A DNA stretch of 64,000 bases from Paraspadella gotoi (GCA_051294375.1 CM119267.1:239409-303408); one strand, 5' to 3'; counted from the first letter of the stretch, positions 12,701-26,580 are shown. The notes: generated from the letters alone by a model not told the origin. Translations and numbers: made by a program.

Positions 12701-15700
12701 GAAACGAGTTCGACGAATTTCGACCACGAAAACCAAACATTGTTAGACCGACAACGCGGAAGGTGCAAGTCGGTTTTTTTTGAGGAAATTCGGGCCTGTA
12801 ACAGAAAAATCCTAATTATTACATTGAAATTAAATAATGTATTAACTAATAAATGAAACACTTTGGATCGGCATCAAGGAATATGGCCGCGACAGAAACG
12901 GCACCGAACAAGAAGCCAGCAACAAATCGGCCATGCTGTTTATCGTGCGTTGGTTTGTCAAACAAAAAAAAATCCTCAGAAAAATCAAGCAACATGCTCA
13001 CTGACGTTTATTTTTTAATCTGCGCACGCTCTCTCTCTCCTCCTTCACCCATCCTAGCCTAAGCATCAACCAATGATCTGTCTAATCTGGCAGATTGTCT
13101 TTGAATCAAATTTTTTTTTTATTAATTAACTTCAATTATAATCGTCTTGTCTCTTTCGCACGACAACGATGTCTCCTCTCTCTCTCTCTCCTCTCTCTCC
13201 TCCCTCAATGTAAACTCATCTCTCGTCGAGCATCACCAACGATCTGTGAGATATCGCGATTTGCTTCTTTGAATAAAAAATTTTTTTTATTAATAATCTA
13301 ATTAATTATAATCGTTTTTCTCTCTTTCCGACGATCGAACGATTCCTCTCCTCTCTCGTTCTCCTCTCCCTTCCCCACTCTCTTCATCAACTATTATTTT
13401 TTTTCGTCCTACCTTTTCTATCTCTTTTCTTCACGTGTCTTGCCTTCTTTTAATTTCTCTCTCGTCTCTCTCCCTTCTCGCTCCTCTCCTACCGCTCCTC
13501 ATCCTAGTCACGTTCGCCGCGATCCGAAATCGCATTAGTCGTGTTTCAGCGAAATTCTTTTGCTTGAAAAACAAAAATAAAATGGTAAAACAGAAAATAA
13601 AAATGTAAAGCAACAAAACTCTGTCCTTATATTTCATGATTTTCTAAGTTAGTTTGATTGAAGGTTAAATGATTGTGATTTGTGATGAAGATATCGATTG
13701 GATCCAGCTATGCATTAGCTTTCCTTTTTTTGCGCTCAACGATCGATCGCTGGAGGCTGTTTTTAGTTTTTATAAATCTCTCTTTCTGGTCTTTCTATTT
13801 ATGATGTTCTTCTATCTTTCTTCCTATCTTTCGCTCTTTTTCCTCCCTTCCTACGTTCTTACTTACGCTCGTCTGTCTTCTCTCCTGTCCTTCCACTCCT
13901 CCCTCCTCTCCTCTCCCTCTCGTCTCCCCCTCCCCTCCCCCTCTCACTGCCTCCCTCTTAACCCTCCTCCTCGTCTCACCTCCCTCTCCCTCCTTTCCGT
14001 CTCTCTCCTCTCCTCTTCCCTCCTCTTTCCTCCTCCCTTCCCTCTCTTCCATTTTCCCTCCTCTCCTCCCGCTCTTCCTCCTCTGCTCTTCCTTCTCCCT
14101 CTTCTCCCTCTCACTCCTCCCGTCTCTCTCCTTCCCTCTCCTCTTCCTCTCTCCTCTCTCTTCCTTCCCTCCCTCTTCCTTTGATCTCTCCACCTTGACG
14201 TGAAAAAAGTACAAACAAAAACATTATTATTGTTTCCATCTTCCGCGAATCTTTTGTAATAATCCCTCTCTCTCTCTGTCTCCTTATGGCCGTTTTTTAC
14301 GCTGTTCCCTTCTATCTTCGATAGTCATTGCGACGCAAACAAAAATGACGCCAGAAAACGACGAACGAACGACGGACGAGATATATATCAAACAAATGAC
14401 CACGGTACGTCAAATGTCCCATAAAATGGTAATCTAAAATCTATATTTTTAAATTCCTTTGAAGAAAACCAAGCAGTTCTTTATCATGTTTCTCAAATAA
14501 ATAGTTTTTTTATTTTACGTTATTAAAAAAAGCATGTCTTCTCCATCATTTTAACTTTTCTTAGTCAGATGCTTAAAGATATTGTTATGTAAGATGTTCT
14601 ATTGTTGTAATAACTGACGACCGACAACGTAAACCGCAAAAGAACGACTGACGAGACGACGACGACGACGACGAACGAAGTTGATGATTGAGATCCTCGT
14701 TCTCTTTTTGTTGTCAATTTTCTGAACTGACACGAGTCGTCGCTCGCGTTCGTGTCGTGGTTCTTCGTTTTCAAATTTTTCCGGTCATCCAGAACATGTC
14801 CTTTCCGCTCCATTCCTTTATCAGGTCCTTCCCTTGTAAGGCGCCTAAACTTTTGAAGCATTATTTCTTAGCTACAATTTCTTTAAGGCGCCATAAACAA
14901 ATTTTTTAAGGAATACTGAAGATTTTCCTTTTAAGGCGCCAAACTGTAAAACTATTTCTTTTAGCGTTTCTTGGATTTTTCCTTAAGCGCTAACTTAAGA
15001 TTATCTTCAGGCGCTGATTAAAACTTATTTTCATTTCAAGGCTGCTAAACTTTTAAAGATTTTTTCCTTTAAGTAGGACAACTCTAGAGATAATATAAAA
15101 TTTCGACATAGAAAAGATTTTAGCTTGTCTTGACTAAATATTAAACCAATCATTTTCAAGAAAAATTTATTATTATTACGTCTTGATTAATACATTAACT
15201 ATTCAATTGTCTTTTAACATTATGAAATTTTTTTTTTTGAAATCTGAATAAATTTGATGGATTTGCGATAAAGCGTTAATAAGTTAAATAAGAAAGTATA
15301 ATAAGCTTTGAAAAATCTTTACGTTCTTCTATGTGTAAAATAAAAAAACTGATAAATCATGAAAGATGATGTATGATGATGTTACGCGTCTTTCTTTATT
15401 TGGACTCACATCATGAAATATTTAAAAAAGAATTATCACATTGTATAGACAACTTTTTGTATTAAGCTATCTGAATCGCGTCTTAAATTAAAACATTAGT
15501 TAAAAAAATTTGCCTTTCTATTTATAATATAAATATTAAGAATATAATTATGGGTATAGGAGCCACATCAGAAATGTCTATGTCCATGAAAGTATACTTA
15601 AAAAGTATAAATTTTCGTTTGCAGCCATTATAATCATTCTAAATTCNNNNNNNNNNNNNNNNNNNNNNNNNTTTTTAAAAGCTGTAATTATATTTCTTAT

Positions 15701-18134
15701 TTAACTTTTAACGCTTTATCAGAATCCATCAAAAATTTTCAGATTTCAAAAAAAAAAATTTATAATGTTAAAAAAGACAAGTGATATTTAATGTATTAAT
15801 CAAGACGTATAATATAAATTTTTTTTGAAAATGATTGTTTAAATATTTAGTCAAGACAACTAAAAATACTTTTCTAATAGTCGAAATTTTATATTATCTC
15901 TAGAGTTGGTCCCTACTTAAAAGGAAAATAAATCTTAAAAGTTTAGGCACCTTGAATGAAAAATAAATTTTAAAAGTTTAGGCGCCTGAAAAGGAAAATA
16001 AATCTTCAAAGTTTAGGCGCCTTAAAAGTCCATTCCTTTCACAGGTGCCTTTTCCTTCTTTAAGGCGCCATAAACTTTTTGAAGATTTATTTTCCTTTTT
16101 TAAGGCGCCCTAAACTTTTTAAAATTTATTTTCCTTTTTAAGGCGCCTAAACTTTTAAAAAATTTATTTTCCTTTTTAAGGCGTTCTAAACTTTGAAGAT
16201 TTATTTTCCTTTTCAAGGCGCCTAAACTTTTGAAGATTTATTTTTCCTTTTCAGGCGCCTAAACTTTTAAAATTTATTTTTCATTTCAAGGTGCCTAAAC
16301 TTTTAAGATTTTTTTCCTTTTAAGTAGGGACCAACTCTAGAGATAATATAAAAATTTCGACTATTTAGAAAAGTTATTTTTAGTTGTCTTGACTAAATAT
16401 TTAACAATCATTTTCAAAAAAATTTATTATTATACTGTCTTGATTAATACATTAAATATCACTTGTCTTTTTAACATTATTAAATTTTTTTTTTTTGAAA
16501 TCTGAATAAATTTTTGATGGATTCTGATAAAGCGTTAAAAGTTAAATAAGAAAATATAATTACAGCTTTTAAAAATTCTTTACGTTTTCTATGTGTAAAT
16601 ATAAAAAAACTGATAAAATCATCGAAAGATGATGTGATTGATGATTTACGTTTTTCTTATTTTTGACTCACTTATCATGAAATATTTAAAAAAGAATTAT
16701 ACTTTGTATTAGACAACTTTTTGTATAAGCTATCTGAATCTGCGTTCTTAAATTTAAAACATTATTTAAAAAAAATTTTTTGGCCTTTTCTATTTATAAA
16801 TAAATATTAAAAAATTAATATTTGGGGTATAGAGCCACATCAGAAATGTTTTGTCCATTGAAGTATACCTTAAAAATGTATAAATTTCGTTTGAGCATAT
16901 AATCATTCTAAAATTTTTGATTCACTCCATTGAGTGGGGCTACCCCTATTTTAAGGCGCCTAAACTTTTAAGATTTATTTTCCTTTTAAGCCGCCTAAAC
17001 TTTTTATAAAATTTATTTTTCGTTCAAGGCGCCTACACCTATTTTAAGATTTATTTTCCCTTTCAAGGTGCCCATACTTTTAAAGCCTTTTATTTATTTT
17101 TAGGCCACCCGAAGTTTCCTTCCTTTTTCCTTTTCAAAAGTTCCTTCTTTCCTTTTCAAAGTTCCTTCCTTTCCTTTGTTCAAATTTTCCTTCCTTTCCT
17201 TTTCCAAAGTTCCTTCTTTTCCTTTTCAAAGTTCCTTCCTTTCCTTTTCAAAGTTCCTTCCTTTCCTTTTCAATCCTTTTTCAAATCCTTTTAAGGCTCC
17301 TGGTTTACTCATAAACGCTTAATCTCTTTAATAAAGTTTTTCTTCTTTTTCTCCTTTCCTTTTTTTCCATTTTTCTCCCTTCCCTACCTCCCCTCCCCTT
17401 TTCGCCGCGGAAAATCCCGGCTCGTTTCTCTGCGTCGGCCGGATTTTCCGGCGTCGCGGGAAATCTCGGCGTCATCCTTGAGAAATCCCCCAACGGATTT
17501 TGCCTTCGAATCGCGCCGCGTCGGAACTGTGTTGTTTTTGTTGTTGTTCGTTGGGATTGATTTTGGTCGTTGTTGATATTTAATATTCATAAATGTTCAA
17601 GATTAAGAATCAAGTGATTTATATGAAAATTAGTTACCAGTAAATATATAAAATTATGCATTTTAATAAATAAGTGCTAATCTTGCCCTAACTTTGGACA
17701 GGCTTTAAGTTATGTGCGCGATGGACAAAGAACTGAGAGAGTTGGACTGTGAAGGTGTTCTTCTAAAGATATGTTCGAGATGCGTATGAAGGAGACCTCA
17801 CTCTTAGAACCACTTCAGACTCGGGAAACTTTATTTACTCCGCAGTTGCGGACCGCACTAGAATCAGAATGCATGAAGGTGGACTAATTAAGAATTGTAC
17901 TACTAATATAAAAGCTAATAAATAAGCTATCCTTCCTCGACTTATGGAACAAAGGATCTCTCTCTATTTTTNNNNNNNNNNNNNNNNNNNNNNNNNGGCG
18001 GAAAAGGACAATGTTCTGATGGAACCGGAAAATTGAGAAACGACGACGACGACAACGACGACGACGACGACGACGACCTCGTGTCAGTCAGAAAATGACA
18101 GACAAAAAAAGGAGACGAGGATCTCATATCAACT

Positions 18135-18169
<35 letters not shown>

Positions 18170-19422
18170 TTTTGCGTTTACGTTGTCGTCGTCAGTTTAT
18201 TACTAACAAAAACAATATTAACAATAACAATATCGTTAAAGCATCTGACAAGAAAGGTTAAATGATGAGAAGAACATCTTTTTTTAATAACGGTAAAAAT
18301 AAAAAAAAACGATATTTATTTAGAAACCATGAATAAAGAACTCTTGGTTTTCTCTCAAAGGAATTTAAAAATATAATTATTAGATTACCATTTTAAATCG
18401 GACATTTGACGATACCTGGTCATTTGAATATGAAATTTATATCGTCGTCGTCGTCGTCGTCGTTTTCCTGGCGTCATTTTTGTTATGCGTCGCCTCAATG
18501 GACTATCGAAAGGAATAAAGGAGAAAAACAGCGTAAACAAAAGGCCATATAGCGAGACAGAGAGAGAGATAATACAGAAAAGATTGCGGGGAGATGGAAA
18601 AACATAATAATGTTTTTGTTGTGATACTTTTTACGGTCCAAAAGGTGTGAGAAGAGCAAATAAAAAAGAGGACGGTGGAATGAAAGTAGAATTAGGGATG
18701 AGGAGAAGCGGAGAGATGGGAAGAGGACGAGGGAGGGATCGTAGAGAGAGAAAGGGAAAACGAACGGAAGGGACTGAGGAAGATAGAGGAGAGGAGGGGA
18801 GAGGGAGGAGAGAAGGAAAAAAGCAGAGGGAGGAGAGAGGGGGCGGAGGAGAGGGAGGAAAGAGGAAGGGAGGGAAAGAGAGAAGGGAGGGAAAGGGAGA
18901 GGGAGAGAGGAAGAGGAGAGGGAGGAGAAGGAGGAGAAGGAGGGAGAAGAGGGAGGGAGGGGAAAGAGGGAGGGAGAGAGGGAGGGGAGAGGTGAGAGAG
19001 AGAGACGGGAGGAGGAGAGGGAAGGTGCGAGAGGAGGGAAGGAAGAGAAGAGAAGGAAGACGAGACGTAAGAAAGAAAGGAAGGGAGGGAAAAAGAGGAG
19101 AAAGATAGGAAGAAAGATAGAAGAGAACATCGAAAGATAGAAAGACAGAAAAGAGAAGTTTAAAAGAAAATAAAAACAGTAGCGATTAGAATAGTTGAGC
19201 AAAAAAAGGAAAGCTAATGCATGTGGGATCCACTTGATATCTTCATAAAATCTAATATTTAAACTTAATTAAACTAACTTAGTAAATCATGAAAAATATA
19301 AGGACGAGTTTTTTTGTTTACATTTTTATTTTTGTTTACATTTTTATTTTTGTTTTCAAAGCAAAAGAATTTCGCTGAAGACACGACTAATTGATTTTCG
19401 ATGCGCGCCGAACGTGACTAGG

Positions 19423-19478
<56 letters not shown>

Positions 19479-19726
19479 TAAAAGGAGGAAGGAACACAGT
19501 GAAGAAGAGAATAGAAAAGGTAGGACGAAAAAAAAATAATAGTGATTGAGAAAGAGATGGGGAAGGGAGAGCGAGAGAGACAGAGAGAGAGAGAATCGTT
19601 CGTCGTCGGAAAGAGAGAAAAACGATTAATAATTAATTAATTAATTAATAAAAAAAATTTATTTTATTCAAAGAGCAAAATCGCGATTCTCACAGATCGT
19701 TGGTGATGCTGAGGAGGATGGGTGTC

Positions 19727-19772
<46 letters not shown>

Positions 19773-21975
19773 CGTTCGTCGTCGGAAAGAGACAAAAACG
19801 ATTAATAATTAATTAATTAATAAAAAAAAATTTGATTCAAAGAACAAAATCGCGATTCTGACAGATCGTTGGTGATGCTTAGGAGTATGGGTGAAGAGAG
19901 AGAGAGAGAGTGCGCGTATTTAAAAAAATAAACGTCAAGGTGACATTTGCTTGATTTTTCCTGAAGGATTTTGTTTTGTTTTGACAAACCAACGCACGAA
20001 TAAACACATGGCCGATTTGTTGCTGGCTTCTTGTTGGTGCCTTTCTGGTCGCGCCATATCCTTGATGCCGATCCAAAGGTGTTTATTTATTTTAATAATT
20101 ATTTATTTCAATGTAATAATTAGGATTTTTCTGTTACACCCGATTTCCTAAAAAACCGACTTGACTTCGCGTTGTGGTCAAAATGTTTGGTTTTGTGGTC
20201 GAAATTCGTGAACTCGTTCCGTGGTCGAGTCGTGACGTGGTCTTTAATTTGTGGGCGATTCTCTTTGACTCTCGGACTGAGAAGAATTTATTCCTTGGTG
20301 GTTGGGGTCAACGTCTCTCTCTCTATATCACTGCCCCTTTAAATCTCTCTCTCTCTCTCGCTTTCTGTTTTTCAATTTTTCTCTCTCCTACAAACTTACA
20401 CTTGAATAAATAGCTTCTTGTATCAGTTAAGAGCTAAATAACTGACTTTTTGAAAATTAAAACAAAAATTTTTAATATTTCGTGAGTAAAAGTGATATTT
20501 TCAATTTATCGCGAATGCAAAAGACTGAATGAGTAATAGACCTTGCCAGAAAATTTGATGTTTGTGATCCACCTTAGTAGTAGGGTTCAAAATGAGCTTC
20601 ATACATGCGCGGATGTTTTACAATATTCCTTTTTAAAAAATAATTATGGGAAATGCTGGCAACTTTTCAAAAAATAATGCTGAAAAACTGAAAAATTAGG
20701 GCATTTCTTTCTATCTCGAAGGGCATTAAGTATACTCAAACGAAACTATCCTTAACTAAAATTCCTACAGTTGCAGAAGTACTTACTATTAGAAAACGCT
20801 ATTTTGGTAGTGAACCAAGCTCGAAAACAAAGGAAAAAAATACAAAAAAGTTTTTGTAATTGAATTTTACATTAAAAATTAATATGTTTTGTTTGTTTTG
20901 TACTGGACTTTAAATAAATATTAAATTTTAATACATTTATAAATAAGTTATTTTCTATTCAAAATGCCTGGTTTAAAAAATTTATTATACCTATTATAAC
21001 AGTGTTAGTAAGAAAAGCATAGTGATAAAGGAGGATTAATATTATCTATTATATACAAACTGCATAATTTGAGTTCTGATACTTGTGGTACAATTACTGA
21101 TTTGTTCAATAATGAATATCCTGTTTATCTCTTTGTATTAATTAACATCCAAATTCTTTTTATTAAAACAAGTTTGAGCTAACAATGCCGGATCTGTCCA
21201 CGATAATTAATTAAGAAATCAATTAATTAATAAATTAATTAATATTAATTTTTTTGTGTCAAAATAGTTTTCCACATTGGTTCGCCTCTCAATCACAAAA
21301 CAACAATCTTGATCACAAAATTAATTACTTATTTATTCATAATTAATTAATGCAGCTTGAATTTATATTTAATATAAAAATAAAGAAAGCATAATCAAAT
21401 AGTGAAATAGATTGTTCAATTTTTCCATTTTAACTCATTTCCACTTGGAATCATATACTTTCCTACACACACACTAAATTTCATTCCAATCCATCCATCA
21501 AATCACGAGTAATTGGTGTTTTTTGCTAAGGTGGGATGGACGGATGGACAGACAGAGACGGACGGACATCATTTTTTTTGCATAATTTATCATAATTAGA
21601 TGTTCTGACAATTATTTGGGGGGCGGACCAACGGACCGACAGTAGTAAGGGAAGTCTCGAAGTCGACTGAAATAGGTCTGCGTGATTTCGATCGCGCCGA
21701 AAAGTAAGAGAGAATCTCGGAGCTCGAAACTGCTCCGAAAAGTTGAACCGAATCGCGATTTCCCGATCACTCGAAAAAGTAGAACCGAATCTCGAAATTT
21801 TCAAGCGCCGAGATTCGTAAGACAAAACTTGGAGAAATTTAAGGCTCGATTGAGACGGGCAAAAAAAAAAATTTCTTCGATCTGTGGTCTCAAAGCTCCC
21901 GACGAAAAAAAAACCCAAATCTCTCTCAATGTTTTTTGTCTCAGAGAAAACTCAATAACTTTGAGACTTTTAGTT
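9750..21975. repeat. Complex inverted/direct duplication, probably an assembly artefact
   Basis: 9750-10720 is inverted at 16910-17945; 10720-14800 is inverted at 18000-21975; 14810-15646 is repeated directly at 16030-16915; 15672-16030 is inverted against 16230-16575. Copies differ mostly by indels. Confidence 0.8.
21641..21800 (+). repeat. Left TIR of outer Polinton-like element
   Basis: Inverted match to 61928-62087; first ~70 bp identical. Confidence 0.9.
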
Positions 21976-22259
21976 CAAAATTAACTTTTTTCACTGTTAA
22001 ACGTCAAAAGTTTAATCAGATAATCCTTATTCAAAAATTTATATATGACCAATGCATTTTAAATAAAAGATTTTCGAATGAAATGTTTTGCATTTGTTTT
22101 TATTTAGAGAGAGTAGTATATAGTGGGATTTTAATATTGTATAGTTTATATAGGAGATTTTTGACCATTAAGAGAGAGAGAGAGAGTGGGCAGGGGGAAA
22201 TTTTGTAGGAAAAATTTAAAATGCAATTTGGACCGGATTTTTTAAAGTCAAAGAGTCCT

Positions 22260-22535
22260 AGTAGTTTCTTTATATAATTTAATATTTTTACGGTCCACAC
22301 TTTGGTACATAAAGAATTAACTGTGAAATTTTGCCGGTCATAATAGTAATAAACTTAGTATTTTGAAAATTTTTACGGTCCACTTTAAAGTACATAAAGA
22401 ATTAACTATGAAATTTTGTAGGAAAAATATTAAATGCAAGTTTGACTGGAAATTCTCCAGTCCTAGTTATTTCTTTATATAATTTAATATTTTTACGGTC
22501 CACACTTTGTACATAAAGAATTAACTATGAAATTT
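22260..22535 (+). repeat. Three degenerate direct repeats (tttttacggtccacactttgtacataaagaattaactatgaaatttt)
   Basis: Core recurs near 22285, 22370 and 22490. Confidence 0.75.
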
Positions 22536-22839
22536 TTCCTCAGCATTTTCTAGCTATATTATTTTTTTTCCCGATGCTTTTAAATTTTTCCCGACGCTTT
22601 TAAATTTTTCCCGATGTTTTTTAATTTTTATTTCCTATTTTTTTATTAAATTATTACTAGGCGTGAGGAGGAGGAGGCGACGCGAAGATCTTCTTCCCCC
22701 TCCCATTTCGCTTCCTTCTCCTTTTCGATCGGGGGCTTCGCGCAGCCACGAGATTTTTCCATTCTAGTTTCACTTCCCACTTTTTCCCTCTCCCGTTAAG
22801 ACCTATTTCACGCTCCTCTGTAATTGTTATTATTTTCGT

Positions 22840-23856
22840 GTTCGTTTTTTTCATTATATACGCTTCACCACTACCTCTCGTGTTTACTTTAGCCATAGTC
22901 TTATTTCAGGGTGGCGCCCAATGTGGAGACTTGTTCTCCAACCACGATCCGCCCTGGATCTCTTTATACTATTCTAATTTCAACAAAAATTCCTTTTTTC
23001 CTCGAAATTTCAACTTCGTAGCTTTTTTCTCTCTTTGTTTCGACTCCAAAACTTTTTTTCTCCTCCAAAATTTCCAAATTTCAATATTTTTCAAAATCCT
23101 TTTTTTTCCCTCGCTTTTTTTTCCTTCGACTTTCGAATTTTTTCTCTCTCTCCCGCCCTTTCCCGTCGACTTCCTAATTTCTCTCTTCTTTCTCTCTTCC
23201 CTTCCTCTTTCTCCTCCCCTCTACGCCTCCTATACCAAAATAAACCGAAAGAATAGAAAGCGGGTAGCCGTTAGGAAGAGGGACCTTAACCGAAACCTTC
23301 CTCCCTGAGTACCAGAAATCCCTGCAACAAAGGAGAGAGGACTCTCCTTTCGGAGATGGCCCAGGAGACGTGGAGGCTGACCGGAAACGGTCTAAGCAGA
23401 CGTGGAGACCGTCCGGAGACGGTCCAGGAGGACGTGGAGGCCGACCAGAAACGGTCTAAGGAGACGTGGAGGCCGTCCGGAGACGGTCTAAGGAGACGTG
23501 GAGGCCGTCCGGAGACGGTCCAAGGAGACGTGGAGGCCGACCGGAAACGGTCTAAGGAGACGTGGAGGCCGTCCGGAGACGGTCTAAGGAGACGTGGAGG
23601 CCGTCCGGAAACGGTCTAAGGAGACGTGGAGGCCGTCCGGAAACGGTCTAAGGAGACGGAGACCGGCCGGAAACGATCCGGAGTGACGAGGAGACTGACT
23701 AGGAGTTGGCAAAGTAAAAAAATAACGTAGGAAAAAATTTTAAATTTAGGAAAAATTTAAAAATCCTAAAAAAGGCCCCCCCCCCGCTGAAATAAGACTC
23801 TGGCTAAAGTAAACACGAGAGGTAGTGGTGAAGCGTATATAATGAAAAAAACGAAC
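22840..23856. mobile_element. MITE-like unit with ~70-bp inverted repeats enclosing a 32-bp minisatellite
   Basis: 22840-22909 is inverted at 23787-23856; no TSD identified. Confidence 0.6.
23362..23670 (+). repeat. 32-bp GC-rich minisatellite (ggagacgtggaggccgtccggagacggtctaa)n, ~9-10 copies
   Basis: Direct tandem periodicity with no spacers. Confidence 0.9.
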
Positions 23857-24800
23857 GGCATCACCTCAGGCAAAATGGGTTTATACCTCGTCAAACGCTT
23901 TTCGAATGACTNNNNNNNNNNNNNNNNNNNNNNNNNNNNNNNNNNNNNNNNNNNNNNNNNNNNNNNNNNNNNNNNNNNNNNNNNNNNNNNNNNNNNNNNN
24001 NNNNNNNNNNNNNNNNNNNNNNNNNNNNNNNNNNNNNNNNNNNNNNNNNNNNNNNNNNNNNNNNNNNNNNNNNNNNNNNNNNNNNNNNNNNNNNNNNNNN
24101 NNNNNNNNNNNNNNNNNNNNNNNNNNNNNNNNNNNNNNNNNNNNNNNNNNNNNNNNNNNNNNNNNNNNNNNNNNNNNNNNNNNNNNNNNNNNNNNNNNNN
24201 NNNNNNNNNNNNNNNNNNNNNNNNNNNNNNNNNNNNNNNNNNNNNNNNNNNNNNNNNNNNNNNNNNNNNNNNNNNNNNNNNNNNNNNNNNNNNNNNNNNN
24301 NNNNNNNNNNNNNNNNNNNNNNNNNNNNNNNNNNNNNNNNNNNNNNNNNNNNNNNNNNNNNNNNNNNNNNNNNNNNNNNNNNNNNNNNNNNNNNNNNNNN
24401 NNNNNNNNNNNNNNNNNNNNNNNNNNNNNNNNNNNNNNNNNNNNNNNNNNNNNNNNNNNNNNNNNNNNNNNNNNNNNNNNNNNNNNNNNNNNNNNNNNNN
24501 NNNNNNNNNNNNNNNNNNNNNNNNNNNNNNNNNNNNNNNNNNNNNNNNNNNNNNNNNNNNNNNNNNNNNNNNNNNNNNNNNNNNNNNNNNNNNNNNNNNN
24601 NNNNNNNNNNNNNNNNNNNNNNNNNNNNNNNNNNNNNNNNNNNNNNNNNNNNNNNNNNNNNNNNNNNNNNNNNNNNNNNNNNNNNNNNNNNNNNNNNNNN
24701 NNNNNNNNNNNNNNNNNNNNNNNNNNNNNNNNNNNNNNNNNNNNNNNNNNNNNNNNNNNNNNNNNNNNNNNNNNNNNNNNNNNNNNNNNNNNNNNNNNNN

Positions 24801-25260
24801 GGGCGAAAGCGGGCGGCGGGAGATCGTATGATACCATCGGTCAGTTCGACGTCAAAGGACTCGTCAAAGCCTCTCCGGGAGAGGCTCGCGTCCGGCATCG
24901 GGCAAGCGGGAACGGATATAGTCGCCTATTGCCGTTGGATTTCCTGTCTCGACGGCGGCACTGACGGGGTCAGGTTTTTCGGCGACGGGGGAAAGTAGAC
25001 GGCGCCGGGCCCTTGGAGACGATCGAGATTTTACCTTTCTTGTTGGCAAAGCGGTGGGTAAGTCGCTTGTCACCGGAATTAAAAACGTCTAAGACGACGA
25101 CGACCCTGTAGGCCGTGTCGTTGGGGACGCCGATATTGCTGTCGTGGAACTCTAGAGTCGCCGTCTGCGTCGTCTTAGCGTCTTCGTCCGCGACGGGCGG
25201 GTCGACGAGCCAGGCGTCAAATACCTCTTTTAGCTGCTGGCGAGCGCGGTCGTCTCCCAT
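24801..25260 (-). pseudogene. GC-rich frameshifted coding-like segment, unknown product
   Basis: ORF 24970-25260 (MGDDRARQQLKEVFDAWLVDPP...) has globular-like composition and continues in other frames to the N gap. Confidence 0.35.
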
Positions 25261-25377
25261 TCCAGCGTCATCAGGACCTCGTTATATTCGACTCGGCCTC
25301 TGTGGGCTATTTCCGGCCGGCCTCCCGTCTAACCGGGTCGCTCTCGGTCGGCCCTCTGCGTCTCCCTAGATCTGATT

Positions 25378-25487
25378 AATATTTAAAACCATTGTCAAAA
25401 TATTAAAATCATTGTCAAAATATTAAAACCATCGTCAAAATATTAAAATCATCGTCAAAATATTAAAATCGTCAAAATATTAAAACC
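25378..25487 (+). repeat. 21-bp tandem repeat (aatattaaaaccattgtcaa-like) x5
   Basis: Directly visible. Confidence 0.8.
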
Positions 25488-25634
25488 AATCACGTGAAGG
25501 AAGAAGAAAAAAGAGGAAGAGTAAAAGGATTTATTTTATTAATCGTCGCTTTTATAAAATTTCATTTTTTTATTACTAATTTATATTTATTTTAAAAATA
25601 TTTTTTATAATTTAAAATGTCCGATATTAGCGAC

Positions 25635-26300
25635 ATGGAAGACCATGAGTCTTACTTAAGGCACCCTAAAATAAAGAATGGTTCTTTTTGTTGCCTTTTT
25701 GGTGCATCTCAGTGTGGTAAATCAACCTTTATTAAAAGGAACCTATTGTCTCTATATAATAATAAAAATTGAATTATAAAATAAAACCATCTTTATTGTT
25801 TTGAATTTTCATTTAGATTTACTATTAGAAAAGGATCTTCAATTTGAAGACAAAGTCACGAAGCTAGTGTACAATTCATAGCAGAGAGGATGATAACATA
25901 AAGGAGCTGAAGAAAGCGTTTCCCACTTCTAATTTTTTGACGGAATTTCCACCAGACCTTGTCTCACTCGTGATTCCAGAGAAAAGGAATTATTAGCTAT
26001 AGTCAGAAACTTAGCAACAATAGATGCCCACCACAGAAAAATATCAGCAGTGTTTTTAACATTACAAAACTATGATGCTTTGTATAAATCTCACCCTTTA
26101 AACTCAGATCTTTAAATCACTTATCAAACTTGAAACATTTCATGAAAAAATTCTCTCTTAATTTAAAAAAAGACCAATCCCTGTTTGACATATATTCAAG
26201 TCATATCCAAAAAGAACCATTTTCGTATCTTGTACTTCATTTATAACCTTCGTGGGACAGACCAGAAGTATACTGTAACATTCTATTTTGTGATGTCGAT
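25635..26300 (+). pseudogene. Polinton-type (A32/FtsK-HerA-like) DNA packaging ATPase, degraded, one probable intron
   Basis: Walker A GSFCCLFGASQCGKSTFIK at ~25680-25737; after an AT-rich intron-like gap LLLEKDLQFEDKVTKLVYN; LATIDAHHRKISAVFLTLQNY resembles Polinton HHRNISVIFLTQN; KEPFSYLVLHL resembles PYGYLLIDL. Stops and frameshifts present; Walker B region appears deleted. Confidence 0.8.
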
Positions 26301-26362
26301 AGCCCGCCCCACTTTAAAAAGTTATCACAAGCGGGACGATTTAGATTGAGACGGAATAAAAG

Positions 26363-26580
26363 ATGAAATATTGTCAAAACTCAAAAATCTTGAAAGCATT
26401 GCATAAAGCATTTACCAATAAGGCTATTTTTATTGACTCAGTAAAAAATTAAAATTATAAAATCATTGCTTGAAATTTTAAAAAACATATATAACAAAGG
26501 TTCATTTTTTTTCACTTGAGGTTTTTTATACGTTCAATTTTTTTAGTGCCATATTATTCTCAAAGAAATTTTTTGGACTC
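26363..26580 (+). pseudogene. Small basic protein resembling the conserved gene downstream of the Polinton ATPase
   Basis: MKYCQNSKILKALHKAFTNKAIFIDSVKN/KIIKSLLEILKNIYNKG resembles the LLKLLSKA...AILxSA..LIxAICEIxLNxLKG pattern recalled for animal Polintons; synteny with the ATPase fits. Confidence 0.45.

Noticed and set aside
9750-17945. Foldback transposon with 1-kb TIRs
   Set aside because: No TSD found, and the inverted copies are better explained as part of the artefactual tiling.
23362-23670. CRISPR array
   Set aside because: 32-bp units are head-to-tail without unique spacers; eukaryotic context; no cas genes.
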